A stretch of DNA of 64,000 nucleotides from Malacoraja senta (Eukaryota): the NCBI GenBank assembly GCA_038087875.1, contig CM075982.1:61132001-61196000 (forward strand). Reading direction: 5' to 3'. Positions 11,960 through 23,784 of the stretch are shown here, piece after piece. The position numbers were made by a program, and so were the translations under genes. Below the pieces are notes generated by a model, which did not search any database, was not told where the DNA came from, and saw nothing but the letters and a program-made list of their open reading frames with translations. Each line of letters begins with the position of its first letter. Positions within the stretch are counted from its first letter, which is position 1.

Positions 11960-12234
11960 TCATCCATCTCTCCTCCAAAATCATCCCATCCATATATCTG
12001 GCAACTTCATCTTAATCCAAGAGAGTGAGTCAATACACATTTTATCTACAACAAAAAAAAGTTAATAAAGTACATTTAAGAATGACAAGATTAAATGGAT
12101 CATGAAAATAGACTGTAAAATGTTTTAAATTCTATATAACTTTACAAAATTAAGACCACTCAGCCCACTGAATCTACACAACTGGAATTCTCTGCTGGTT
12201 TCCTTGGATCTTATATTATTTCACATGCTTATAC

Positions 12235-12460
12235 TCCCATTCTCCTACCCAGCCCAGCCACACTGGGGAAACTTTACAACATTCAACTAACATACCAACA
12301 TGTGCTACTTTAAGATGTGGGAGAAAACCAACCAATTTGAGGAAACCCACACTGTCACATGGTGAAGGTAAAGACTCCACATAGCCAGCACTGGATGTCA
12401 GGATCAAACTTGGTCACTGGAGAATTGAGGTAACAACATTACCTGTTGTAAAACTGCGCT
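12235..12460 (-). mobile_element. Degenerate HE1/V-SINE-type SINE
   Basis: Reverse-complement V-domain gatgtgggagaaaacc...gaggaaacccac...gtcac and B-box remnant caggatcaaac. Confidence 0.6.
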
Positions 12461-12689
12461 ATCCTTAATCTTGGAATAAGTGATAGCCGCTCTACACAAT
12501 GTGTTTGCAACTGTATAAAAGTGAATGGATGCTAGGCAATAAAACTCCAGAGGCTAAGGTTGCCTTTGATTTAACTATCTCCCATCGCAAATCTGCGGCC
12601 AGATCAAGCCTGGGTGTGGTGGGGGGTGAGGTGGGTAAGGGAAGTGCGTATGTAGGTGGGAGTGGTTTGCGAGGGGGGGGCAGGAGAGG

Positions 12690-13538
12690 AGGGATGTGGG
12701 GGGGGGGGTGAGGGGTGTGTGTGGGCAGGGGTTATGTGTGGGCCGGGGGGTTGTGGGGAGGGGGTTGTGGAGGAGTGTGTGGGAGGGGTGTGGGTGGGGG
12801 GGTTGTGGAGGGAGGGGTGTGTGGGAGGGGGAGGGGTGTGTGGGGTGGAGGGGTGTGTGGGGGGGGAGGGGTGTGTGGGGGGGAGGGGTGTGTGGGGGTT
12901 GAAGGGTGTGGGGGGGAGAGAAGGGTGTGGGGGGAGAGAAGGGTGTGGGGGGGGAGAGAAGGGTGTGGTGGGGGAGAGAAGGGTGTGGGGGGTGAGAGAA
13001 GGGTGTGGGGGGTGAGAGAAGGGTATGGGGGGAGAGAAGGGTGTGGGGGGGGGAGAAGGGTGTGGGGGGGACAGAAGGGTGTGGGGGGGACAGAAGGGTG
13101 TGGGGGGGGAGAGAAGGGTGTGGGGGGGGAGAGAAGGGTGTGTGGGGGGGAGGGGTGTGTGGGGGTTGAAGGGTGTGGGGGGGAGAGAAGGGTGTGGGGG
13201 GAGAGAAGGGTGTGGGGGGGGAGAGAAGGGTGTGGTGGGGGAGAGAAGGGTGTGGGGGGTGAGAGAAGGGTGTGGGGGGTGAGAGAAGGGTATGGGGGGA
13301 GAGAAGGGTGTGGGGGGGGGAGAAGGGTGTGGGGGGGACAGAAGGGTGTGGGGGGGACAGAAGGGTGTGGGGGGGGAGAGAAGGGTGTGGGGGGGAGAGA
13401 AGGGTGTGGGGGGGAGAGAAGGGTGTGGGGGGGGAGATAAGGGTGTGGGGGGAGAGAAGGGTGTGGGGGGAGAGAAGAGTGTGGGGGGGGGGAGAGAAGA
13501 GTGTGGGGGGGAGAGAAGGGTATGGGGGGGAGAGAAGG
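12690..13538 (+). repeat. G-rich minisatellite (unit ~GGGGGGAGAGAAGGGTGT), left part
   Basis: Dozens of 17-21 bp units with variable G runs. A 267-bp higher-order duplication is shown by identical ORF starts at 13025 and 13292. Confidence 0.95.
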
Positions 13539-15815
13539 TAATAGTAATAGTAACTTTATTGTCAATTCAAATAATGTAACAAGTAGTTACACAGATGATT
13601 GAAATTGCGTTTCCCCATACTCCAATGTGCACATAATATTTATAACACAGAGAGACAATATACCAATAAAAATAGACAATGGACATATATATTATATAAA
13701 ATATTCATTAATAAAAGGTGCAATATAGAAAAGTGCAAATAGCATACTGCAGACATTGGGTTAAAGTTAATTTGACAGTCAGTTGGTCTTTGTTTGTGTA
13801 ATGTTCATGGAATTTTCTTGAGTGTGTTGAGTAGTCTGATGGCCTGAGGGAAAAAGCTGTTTTTGAATCTTGTGGTTTTGCTCCGCATGCTGCGGTAGCG
13901 CTTGCCGGATGGTAGGAGGGTGAACAGTTTGTGTGCTGGGTGGGTGGTGTCTTTGATGATATTGGTTGCTCTCTTGCGACAGCGAGATGGGTATAAGTCT
14001 TGAATTGCTGGTTGGGGTGATCTAGTGATCTTCTCCGCTGTCCTCACCACTCTCTGTAGGGCCTTCTGGTCAGCAGCAGAGCAACTGCCATACCAGACTG
14101 AGAGACTGCTGGTAAGAATGCTCTCAATGGCACCCCTGTAAAAAGTTGTGAGGGCAGAAGGAGGGAGGTCGGCTCTCCTCATCCGTCGAAGGAAGTGGAG
14201 GCGTTGCTGTGCTTTCTTGACTAGGGAGATGGTGTTGGTGGACCATGTCTGATCATCTGTGATGTGTACTCCCAGGAACTTGGTGCTTTTCAGACTCCAC
14301 TGCACTGGCATTTATGGTGAGTGGGGTGTGTGCTGTCTGTTTCTTCCTGAAGTCCACAGTTATTTCTTTTGTTTTATCGACATTGAGTTGAAGGTTATTG
14401 ATGTCACACCAGTTGATTTGTTGTTGTACCTCCTCTCTGTAGGCTGAGTCGTCATCGTGGCTGATGAGGCCCACCACTGTTGTGTCATCTGCGAACTTGA
14501 TGATGTGGTTCGAGTTATGTTTGGCACAACAGTCATGTGTCATCAGCGTGAACAACAGAGGGCTCAGCACACATCCCTGTGGGACCCCGGTGTTCATGAT
14601 GGTGGTCTCTGATGAGTTTTTGCCAACTCTTACTGTCTGTGGTCTGTCGGTGAGGAAGTCCAGTAACCAGTTGCATAGTGGGGTGCTGATGCCTATTTCG
14701 CCGAGTTTATTCACCAGGTGTTGGGGGATGACTGTGTTGAAGGCGGAGCTGAAATCGATGAACAGCAACCGCACGTAACTGTTATTGTTTTCCAGATGAG
14801 CCAGGCTTAGGTGGAGTACTGTTGCTATGGCATCATCAGTGGAACGGTTGGGACGGTATGCAAACTGGAATGGGTCAAGTGTAGAGGGGAGACTGGATGT
14901 TATGTGGGCCTTAACCAACCTTTCATAGCACTTCATCATGATGGACGTGAGTGCTATGGGCCGGTAGTCGTTCAGTGTTGAGGCTGGTGATTTCTTGGGT
15001 AGCGGTATGATGGTGGTGGCTTTGAAGCATGCTGGTATGATGGCTTGGCTCAGAGAGGTGTTGTAGATGTCCGTGAGAACATCTGTGAGTTGGTCAGCAC
15101 AGTCTCTGAGCACACGCCCAGAGTATGTTGTCAGGACCTGCAGCTTTACTGGGGTTCACCTTGAGTAGGGTCCTCCGCACATCAGCTGGGTCCAGGTGAA
15201 GTGTTTCATGGTCTGGGCAGGGAGGGGCTTTTGTTGGTGTGGTGGTGTTGTCTTCCTCAAACCGGTTGAAGAAGGTGTTAAGTGTGTTGAGGAAGTCTAT
15301 GTTGTCCTCGCATGGTGGAGGTGTTGGCCTGTAGCTGGTGACAGACTGGATGCCTTGCCACAGGCGCTTGGGGTCCTTAGTGTCTGTGAAGTGTGCTTGA
15401 ATTTTCTGTCCATAGACACGCTTGGCTGTTCTCACGCCCCGGTTCAAGTTGGCCCTAGCAGTACTAAGGGCGTCTTTGTCCCCGGACTTGAAAGCAGCAT
15501 TCCGTGCTCTCAGGAGCTCACGTACCGCCCTGGTTAGGGTTTGTTGTTGGCCCTCGTGGTGATGTTTTTGATGACGGTCACATCTTCCATGCATTTGAAT
15601 ATATATCCAGTCACAGATTCAGTGTATTCCATCAAGTTGACATGATGGTTGGTAGTGGAAGCCTCCCTAAAAACGGTCCAATCTGTGCAGTCGAAACAGT
15701 CTTTGAGAGCTGAGGTGGCTCCCTCTGGCCATGCTCTGATCTGCTTCACAGACGGCTTGTTCCTGGTCAATAGAGGTCTGTAAGCTGGAATTAGCATAAC
15801 TGAGAGGTGGTCTGA
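13539..15815 (-). mobile_element. Rex1/Babar-type non-LTR retrotransposon, 5'-truncated, frameshifted ORF2
   Basis: Overlapping ORFs give the endonuclease end [12 protein letters not shown], then [61 protein letters not shown] and LPSGKRYRS. The 3' end has AATAAA followed by (TTACTA)n. Probable TSD GTATG(n)AGAGAAGG at 13520-13538 and 15816-15838. Confidence 0.93.
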
Positions 15816-16020
15816 GTATGGGGGGGGGGGAGAGAAGGGTGGGGGGGAGAGAAGGGTGGGGGGAGAGAAGGGTGGGGGGAGAGAAGGGTGGGGGGAGAGA
15901 AAAGGGTGGGGGGGGAGAGAAAAGGGTGTGGGGGAGAGAAAAGGGTGTGGGGGAGAGAAGGGTGTGGGGGAGAGAAGGGTGTGGGGGGGGGGGAAGGGGT
16001 GTGGGGAGCTCGGAGAAAAG
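15816..16020 (+). repeat. G-rich minisatellite, right part
   Basis: Same GGGGGAGAGAAGGGT unit as 12690-13538. Confidence 0.95.
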
Positions 16021-17649
16021 ACGGGGAAGAGCCATGGGGGAGAGTGCGGTATCACGGGGGAGGGGGCCGTGGCGGCAGGAGCCAGGGAGGGGACCAGAGG
16101 GGAAGGGGTTGGGGGTGCGATGGGGACGCACAGCGGTCGCTGGTCGTTTTCCTCCGCCGGGATCAGAGTCTCCGCTTTCCGTTTGCGAACATCAGCGCCA
16201 TCTCCGACTCCTCGCTGGCTGGGGTCGGGTCGGGCCGTTTCCGCTCCGTCCGAAAATTGTGTCCAGTTGGAGACCTCCGCCGACCATCCAGAGCCTCCCG
16301 CAGCTGCAGTAAAGACGCGATGGCGCAGGAAGGGGCGGACCGTCCCGCGGAGTGACAGTAGAAGGGACCAATCCGCCTGGTGCTGAATGGCAGACGAGCC
16401 AATCGATCTGCGCACACGCGGTTTTAAAGTTTTTAAACCTCGATAACTCTTACCAGCTTCCACCGATCGGAACAAAACTTGGTGCAATCGCTGCATAGGA
16501 GAACGGTGAGTAAGCTGGAGAAAATGGTAGCGCTATCGCATACCGTTTTTGTGCAAATAGAATGACCGCCAAACCGGAAGATAACAAGATCAGAATTTTA
16601 GTTATATATAGATTGTCCCATGTGGTCCATAATTCACATTAATTTAACTTGGTAAGAGCACAAGAAAAAAAAATCCAATTGATTAATTAGATCCTTTACA
16701 TCTGGCCAACATGGCAGTAAAACCAGTCATGCATTGAGTGACTTCTGTGCTTAGCTAATGCCAATTGTAAATATCCCTGTTTGACAATATCACTTAAATT
16801 GTGATTTAATTCAAAGCGTTACAATGAAACTGTAGGGGACAAAAGTGCAATACAGCAGTGAACTGAACAGGCTAATCCCAGATTTGAAACTCTGAGCATC
16901 CACAGGGTTAATGTTCTTTGCAAAATTGTTCTTTGTAAAGGCAGGAATTTTGCAGCTAAATGTTATCCATCAATCCCTACGGGCAAAACACGGTGGTAAT
17001 GTCGCTTAAAAAGTCAGGCTTTAACTTTTATAATGGTGTAGGTGGTGGACGAGTTGCAGCTACATTAAGACAGCAAACAAAGGCAGTTGCCATTAAATTA
17101 AGAATTGTATACATGTGATTTAGCCTTTCACATTTTTAATTACAGGGAAAAGTCCGCTTATAGCCTCTGGTACTGAGCGATAATACACCAGTGTTGCCAG
17201 AGATACAAACAATCATCCCCAAAAATGATAAGAGCATTCATTTTGTGCTATCCATGATGTAGTTACACTATGTGGCCACTAGGTAGACCTGTGTGCAGTA
17301 CTGATGATTTCCCCCAACTTATCACCCGATTAATGTCAAAATTAAAGTTTAATTGTTTAAGCCATTATCAAAAAGGTCTGCAGTGTTATTCATGACAATT
17401 AATGTTCTATAGAAACCATATTTTTACCAAGAAATTTGACAAAAATTGTAAGCTTGAAGCACACACTCAAGCTGAACATGGTGCCAGCACAAACTGATCT
17501 CATCTGCTTTTACATAATCCATATCATTCCATTCCCAACACCCAACTAATCTAAAGGCTCTTAAATGCCACTATCACATCTATCCCCACCACTATCTCCG
17601 ACAGCATTTTCCAAACACCCACCACCGTGAAAAAATAAAATTGCCCCAC

Positions 17650-18117
17650 NNNNNNNNNNNNNNNNNNNNNNNNNNNNNNNNNNNNNNNNNNNNNNNNNNN
17701 NNNNNNNNNNNNNNNNNNNNNNNNNNNNNNNNNNNNNNNNNNNNNNNNNNNNNNNNNNNNNNNNNNNNNNNNNNNNNNNNNNNNNNNNNNNNNNNNNNNN
17801 NNNNNNNNNNNNNNNNNNNNNNNNNNNNNNNNNNNNNNNNNNNNNNNNNNNNNNNNNNNNNNNNNNNNNNNNNNNNNNNNNNNNNNNNNNNNNNNNNNNN
17901 NNNNNNNNNNNNNNNNNNNNNNNNNNNNNNNNNNNNNNNNNNNNNNNNNNNNNNNNNNNNNNNNNNNNNNNNNNNNNNNNNNNNNNNNNNNNNNNNNNNN
18001 NNNNNNNNNNNNNNNNNNNNNNNNNNNNNNNNNNNNNNNNNNNNNNNNNNNNNNNNNNNNNNNNNNNNNNNNNNNNNNNNNNNNNNNNNNNNNNNNNNNN
18101 NNNNNNNNNNNNNNNNN
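17650..18117. other. Assembly gap (468 N)
   Basis: Run of N. Confidence 1.
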
Positions 18118-21100
18118 TTCAAGGAGTGTAAAAGGGACATTTTCAATTGTGCAAATGACAAATTTTAAGTTTCCATTAAAATAAATAATCTGCTGCATGG
18201 AAGTATCAGGATAGCCCAGCAACAGTGCTTCCCAATTTTCCCCGGTAACAAGCCTCACTGAGACACAACCAGTTGAAGGCCATTTTATCAACATAAGTAT
18301 TTAAATGACCCATGCATTCTGGTTGAATTAGGAGTTTGGTAAATTAGAAATTATTTTACTGTAATACAAGTGGCTGAGCACTAGATGGTGCAATTGCACC
18401 ATAATCTTAAAATTATTTGGAAAGAAAATTGAGTTATTGAATTGAATATTAGAATAAGAGTCGGTCTAAATTTTACATTTATCATGGCAAATTGCCTTGA
18501 CCTTAGGCACCAATTTAAGAAATTATATATACCGGAATTCCGAAATCATTTAAAGTTTATAAATCTGATAATACAGCTTATTTGTTAGCGTTCCTTTCGT
18601 GTTCCCATAAAAATCGCAAGTTTAAATGGAAAGGGACACATCAACGTTTTCAATGACAGGACAAAGTAAAAATAATTTTGAAATTATCAAAATATATGAC
18701 TAGTATAAAATATGATTATAATGGAAGGGTCCACACAACTGCATCTTCTTATTCAACTTACTAGAGCTTCATGTTTGATCCAATCAGGGTTTTGAGTCAG
18801 CCCAAGGCAATTTATTCTGTCTCATTTGTTTTTCATGGCTTTCTGCAGCCTTTGCCTTTGGTGTTATCTAGCTAGTTTGGATTGTATTCAGTTGGCACTC
18901 ATCTCTCTTGCCAATGCCATTAAGCCACCTGCAATGGCTTTACCTAAGCTTGCTTTCTTACCACTCATGTCCACTGGTAGATTGAAAAGATTAAACTGAA
19001 AAGATCAAAACCGGGAAGAAGGGGAACACCCAGTTGTACCTTAGTATCTCCTCTCAACAATGCCATAATCACCAAATTCTCCAGAGAGCTTGCCCCATCA
19101 GGGGAGAGCACACATTTCTTCCAAATATTGGTAAGATTTAAATTAACATTCCAATCCTTTTCACAAAGTCAGTTCCTTACCGACCATCTCTCTCAATCAA
19201 AACCGTGTGAAACCGAAAAGGTAATGCTCACAAATCTCGTCGCATCCGACCTAGAATCAGGTTTCAGAAATCTATTCTCATACTATCATCAAGGCCAGCT
19301 ATTCTCTCCTCTGATACTGGCCCTGGCCTGCTCAATGTCCACAGAAACCCTCATGCTTACCTTTCATTACATTTAAGTTGCCATTTTAATATAGCCCTTG
19401 CCAGTCTTCCTTGTACATGAAGGTCCTGACAACCCCAAACCAACACTGCTGGCCATGTTGCAACTTGCATCGTGACATTCACCAGTCAGTATTAGTATTT
19501 TTGATCCACATTGCTTCAGGTCAAGTGAGCATTGACCATAAAATGTCCATCTTAGTTGTTTTTTCCAATTTTTACCATGGACATTCCCTCTCTAAACACT
19601 CAGATCAGAGCCTCTCAGTATCTGGTCCCTTGCTTAACCCCCAATATAAATGTTCCACCGTTGGCAGTTATGGTTGCCAAGTCTGGAGTTCTCTCCTAAA
19701 CCCTACAACTCTTTCTTACAAAGCATGTCCCCCTTTTCAAATAGGCATCATTATCTGCTGATATCGCCTAATATGCTATGATGCAGCTGGCAAACTGTTT
19801 GCTGATAAACTGAACTACCTCTGGCAATTTTTCAGCTACATTAAAGACACTATATGAAGGAAAGTCATTATTAAGGTCCTGCAGTCATACCATTACCAAC
19901 AGCTGTAATAATCAACAACTGAAGTAAAATGGCTGAGGGATGGGTTGGTCAATATTATCCATCATTGGTAAGAAGGTTCAAGCTAATTCTAGATCAATGT
20001 TTATTTCAATCAATTCACTGCACCTGGAGTAACATCACCAAGATATTTTTGACTTCTACATTTAAAACATACGTAATGACCCAACAGCACAAGGTATCAT
20101 TGTCTTGTTAAACGCTTTTGTATTGTTTGGCATTCTGTGTCACTGAGGCCATTTTAAAGAGGTATAGATATTAGAGGTGATCACATTACATTCAGCCGAT
20201 ACCACCACATGAAAGCAATTAATTTTTAAGTTTTAAAACTAGGAACAATTTCACACAATGCACAACAACTTACACATTAGTCCCTCATCAAACAGGTATC
20301 TAATTTTCACCACGATTTCAATTCCAAAACAAAATGACTCACTTACTGGCAAGGGATAAAAACATGAGGCAAAGGCATTTTGCACTGCTTGCAGGCTGAG
20401 CTATACAATGTGTTTATTCAGTGCCTTTCCTCCAAGACATTGTAAAAGGTGCACAAACATCTAAAAATCTACAGAGATAACAAAGAAAAATACACACTTT
20501 ACTGACTTGGATAACTGGTAAATCTGGAACAAGCTCAAAGCACCTGAGAGCCTTTATCTGTGCTTTCATGCAATTCTCATATTTCATAGGCATCAATAGT
20601 TTAGTGTTATTTTGATGAATTTTAAAAAGGGATGTGCCATTAATAGCGCTGTAATTAAGATACTTCCAGAAGTAGTTAGAATGTTTGCAACTGATGTACA
20701 AAACTTCTGTAATAAACGATTTTGCCACCCCACCACCACCTTTCCTTAGTATCTTTGCCAAATTTGATGATTTAAGCATAGAAGCTTAAAAAAATACCTT
20801 AAAAAATAATTAAAATCTGCAATGGACTACGATCTCTCGGTAAGGCTGATTTAATCATTATAATGAAGATTAGCTGAAGGTTAGAAACCCACAACAGAAA
20901 AAAAATAGGCCCCCCCAAAAAAAAAGCTGCTTAAAAGGAAAGACAACATACTCTAACTCTAAAGCAGGTCCTGGAACAAAGAGACAAGAGTCTAAAAACC
21001 TGAAATTTAAAGAACAATTTTGCAGCTTAAAAACTGACCTTACAAATATAAAACAAAACAAAACTCCACATGTGGTTTAAACCACACAATGCTGCCAACC

Positions 21101-21368
21101 ACCCCCCCCCCCCCCCCCTTATTTTTTGTATTGAATAGAGATAATTAGATTGCACATTTCTGTTAAGAAACCATGACCTAGAAATGTAATCACAAATGAT
21201 TTTCTTCATTTTCAGTGATAACACTATTTACAATGATTTCTCCCCAGGAACACCATTATAAAAAAGTATTTTGTAGAATTACAAATAATTCATAGATTTG
21301 TCCAAAGTTAGACTGTGCTTCCTCTCACACAACAATAAAGTGATATAAACACTCACCATCCTAAGCTG

Positions 21369-21490
21369 CTCTGACAAAAAGTCTCTGACTTGAAATCTGA
21401 CCAGTTTCTCTTTCTACAGATGTTACCTGACCTGTTAAGAGGTTCCAGCATTTTCAGTTTTTATTTCAGATTTCCAGTATGTGCAGGGTT
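21369..21490 (+). mobile_element. Old diverged Penelope-like terminal repeat
   Basis: ctctgacaaaaagtctctgacttgaaa...acagatgttacctgacctg...ttccagcattttc...ttccagtatgtgcag is a decayed version of the family arm. Confidence 0.5.
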
Positions 21491-21689
21491 TTATTAATTT
21501 TCACTTCCCATCACAAACTGTTCCTCTCCAGATCGAATATTCTGTGCCACTTATGTGCACAAAATTAGAATATTTTTGCACAGCTACTTGTCCATTCTCC
21601 TTTATTCACCTCCATCCACCCCACCCACAAACACCTTCCCCAAAAACAGAGTCATCTGTGGTTTGATCACCCAATCCAATCTTTCCTGC

Positions 21690-22290
21690 TGAACTGCACA
21701 CCTATTGATCGCAGGCTCAACTGACTCATTGATGCCCACCTCAGATCCCAAGACGCCCTTGACGCACTGAGAGCACAGCACTGCCCCATCAGCCTTCATC
21801 AAACCCTTGCCATGGCTGTCCCAGCGCTCCCCAACTAGGCTGCAGCTGCCCCTCAAGTGACATTCCATGCCCAGTAATGCATATCAGCACAAAATAAGTG
21901 ATCTTGGGAAGGCAGCCAACATAGTCAAGAACCGCTTCGACCACAGTCAATCCCTTTTCTCCCCTTTCCCATCAGGCAGAAGATACAAAGCTTAAAAGTA
22001 CATTACACTTTTTCCTGAACAGCTTCTTCCCCATTGTTATTAGTCTACTGAACAGATCTCCCACAAGCTAGGGTGTAGTTCTTATCTTCCAACCTGCATC
22101 ACTGTTGACCTTGGACCTTTACGTAACACTATATTGCTATAACTCTATATTCTGTACTTTGGTATTTTTCTCTTTGTACATGCTTGGGTGTGGCATGAAT
22201 GAATGCACCCACGTATGGTATTTGCCTGGAGAGCATGCAAAACAAAATATTTTTCACTGTATCTCAGTACACGCAAAAATAATAAACCAA
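21690..22290 (+). mobile_element. Degenerate Rex-type LINE 3' fragment
   Basis: ttcccatcaggcagaagatacaaagc...gaacagcttcttccc and a tttttcactgtatctcagtacac...aataaac tail. Confidence 0.6.
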
Positions 22291-22506
22291 CACCAATCCC
22301 TTGAGACAAGATTTCTTGTTCCGAATTCAGTGCCTTACGTCCTCTAGAACTTACCTTCCACCTTTCTATGAATCCATAACACTCATCCACAAGCGTCTCA
22401 AACCCATGAGCCCATGGTCTTGTCTCTTTTACTTTTTTAATGATATGCACCCAAACCACCTCAGTGGGTCTCAAACAGCACCAAATGTTCCAGAGACAGA
22501 TCCACC

Positions 22507-23268
22507 ACATAGACAATAGGTGCAGGAGTAGGCCATTCGGCCCTTCGAGCCAGCACCGCCATTCAATGTGATCATGGCTGATCATCCCCAATCAGTACCC
22601 CTTTCCTGCCTTCTCTCCATATCCCCTGACTCCGCTATCTTTAAGAGCTCTATCTAGCTCTCACTTGAAAGTATCCAGAAAACCAGCCTCCACCGCCCTC
22701 TGAGGCAGAGAATTCCACAAACTCACAACTCTGTGTGAAAAAGTGTTTCCTCATCTCCGTTCTAAGTAGCTTACCCCTTATTCTTAAAATGTGCCCCTGG
22801 TTCTGGACTCCCCCAACATCGGGAACATGTTTCCTGCCTCTAGCGTGTCCAAACCATTAATAATCTTATATGTTTCAATAAGATACCCTCTCATCCTTCT
22901 AAATTCCAGAGTATATAAGCCCAGCCGCTCCATTCTCTTAGCATATGGCAGTCCTGCCATTCCGGGAATTAATCTTGTGAACCTACGCTGCACTAGCACG
23001 AATGTCCTTCCTCAGATTTGGAGACCAAAACTGTCCTTCTTCAAATTTGGAGACCAAAACTGCACACAATACCCCAGGTGTGGTCTCACTAGGGCCCTGT
23101 ACAACTGCAGAAGGACCCCTTTGCTCCTATACTCAACTCCTCTTGTTATGAAGGCCAACATGCTATTCGCATTCTTCACTGCCTGCTGTACCTGCATGCT
23201 TACTTTCATTGACTGATGAACAAGGACCCCCAGATCCCGTTGCACTTCCCCTTTTCCCAACTTGACAC
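22507..23268 (-). mobile_element. CR1/HER1 LINE 3' fragment
   Basis: ORFs 23012..23260 and 22784..22999 (QRDLGVLVH, LVRPHLGYCVQFWSP, GESRTRG); internal 29-bp tandem duplication at ~23005-23062. Confidence 0.9.
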
Positions 23269-23453
23269 TTATGTATTAGGTGTGTCCACTACTCTCAATG
23301 ATTATATGCTAGAGTTGGGCAATTTTAAAGTCTATGAATTATTTGACTGTAGGAATATCAAAATTAAAATTAAAATATAAAAAAGTGGCAAAGGTCTACA
23401 TAGATTCTATTCTAAAGACCAAATGGCTGATAAATGCAAGTTTAAATACGAGT

Positions 23454-23700
23454 CACAAGGAACTGCAGATGCCCCATTTACAAAATGAAAAGACAAAGTG
23501 CTGGAGTAACTCAACAGGTCAGGCAGTTACAATGCCTTGTAATTGTATATTTTGACTGATGGCAGACCAATTTCTCTCTGGGATAAATAGTTGTATCGTA
23601 TCGTATCTCTGGACAAAAATGGACAGGTTATGTTTCGGGTTGGGGCCCTTTCTGAAACATCACCTATGCTGCCTGTCCTGATGAGTTACTCCAAAACTAT
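23454..23700. mobile_element. Decayed palindromic Penelope-like element with a secondary insertion
   Basis: aaggaactgcagatgc...gctggagtaactcaacaggtcaggcag, then about 80 bp of foreign sequence, then tttcgggttggggcccttt...gctgcctgtcctgatgagttactcc. Confidence 0.6.
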
Positions 23701-23784
23701 CTTTTTTTTCTCAAAAGAAACCGAGTGTTTGTCACAGTGACAAATAGCATGAAACAGATGTTCAATGGACTTATGGCCACCTAC

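Larger units (their letters stand above)
12575..16612 (-). mobile_element. Probable non-autonomous Helitron-like element carrying a G-rich minisatellite, interrupted by a LINE
   Basis: On the minus strand it begins A|TCTATATATAACTAAAA (16612) and ends CGCA-gatt-TGCG hairpin...ATAG|T (12575, one mismatch from CTAG). Removing it leaves an AT dinucleotide and no TSD. No Rep/helicase ORF. Confidence 0.5.

Noticed and set aside
12690-13538. Regularly spaced short repeats resembling a CRISPR array
   Set aside because: No unique spacers, no cas genes, eukaryotic context.
12656-16496. Many Gly-rich and Pro/His-rich ORFs
   Set aside because: They are translations of the stop-poor G-rich minisatellite; no independent coding signal.
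17551-18294. Long ORFs spanning this interval
   Set aside because: Artefacts of the N gap.
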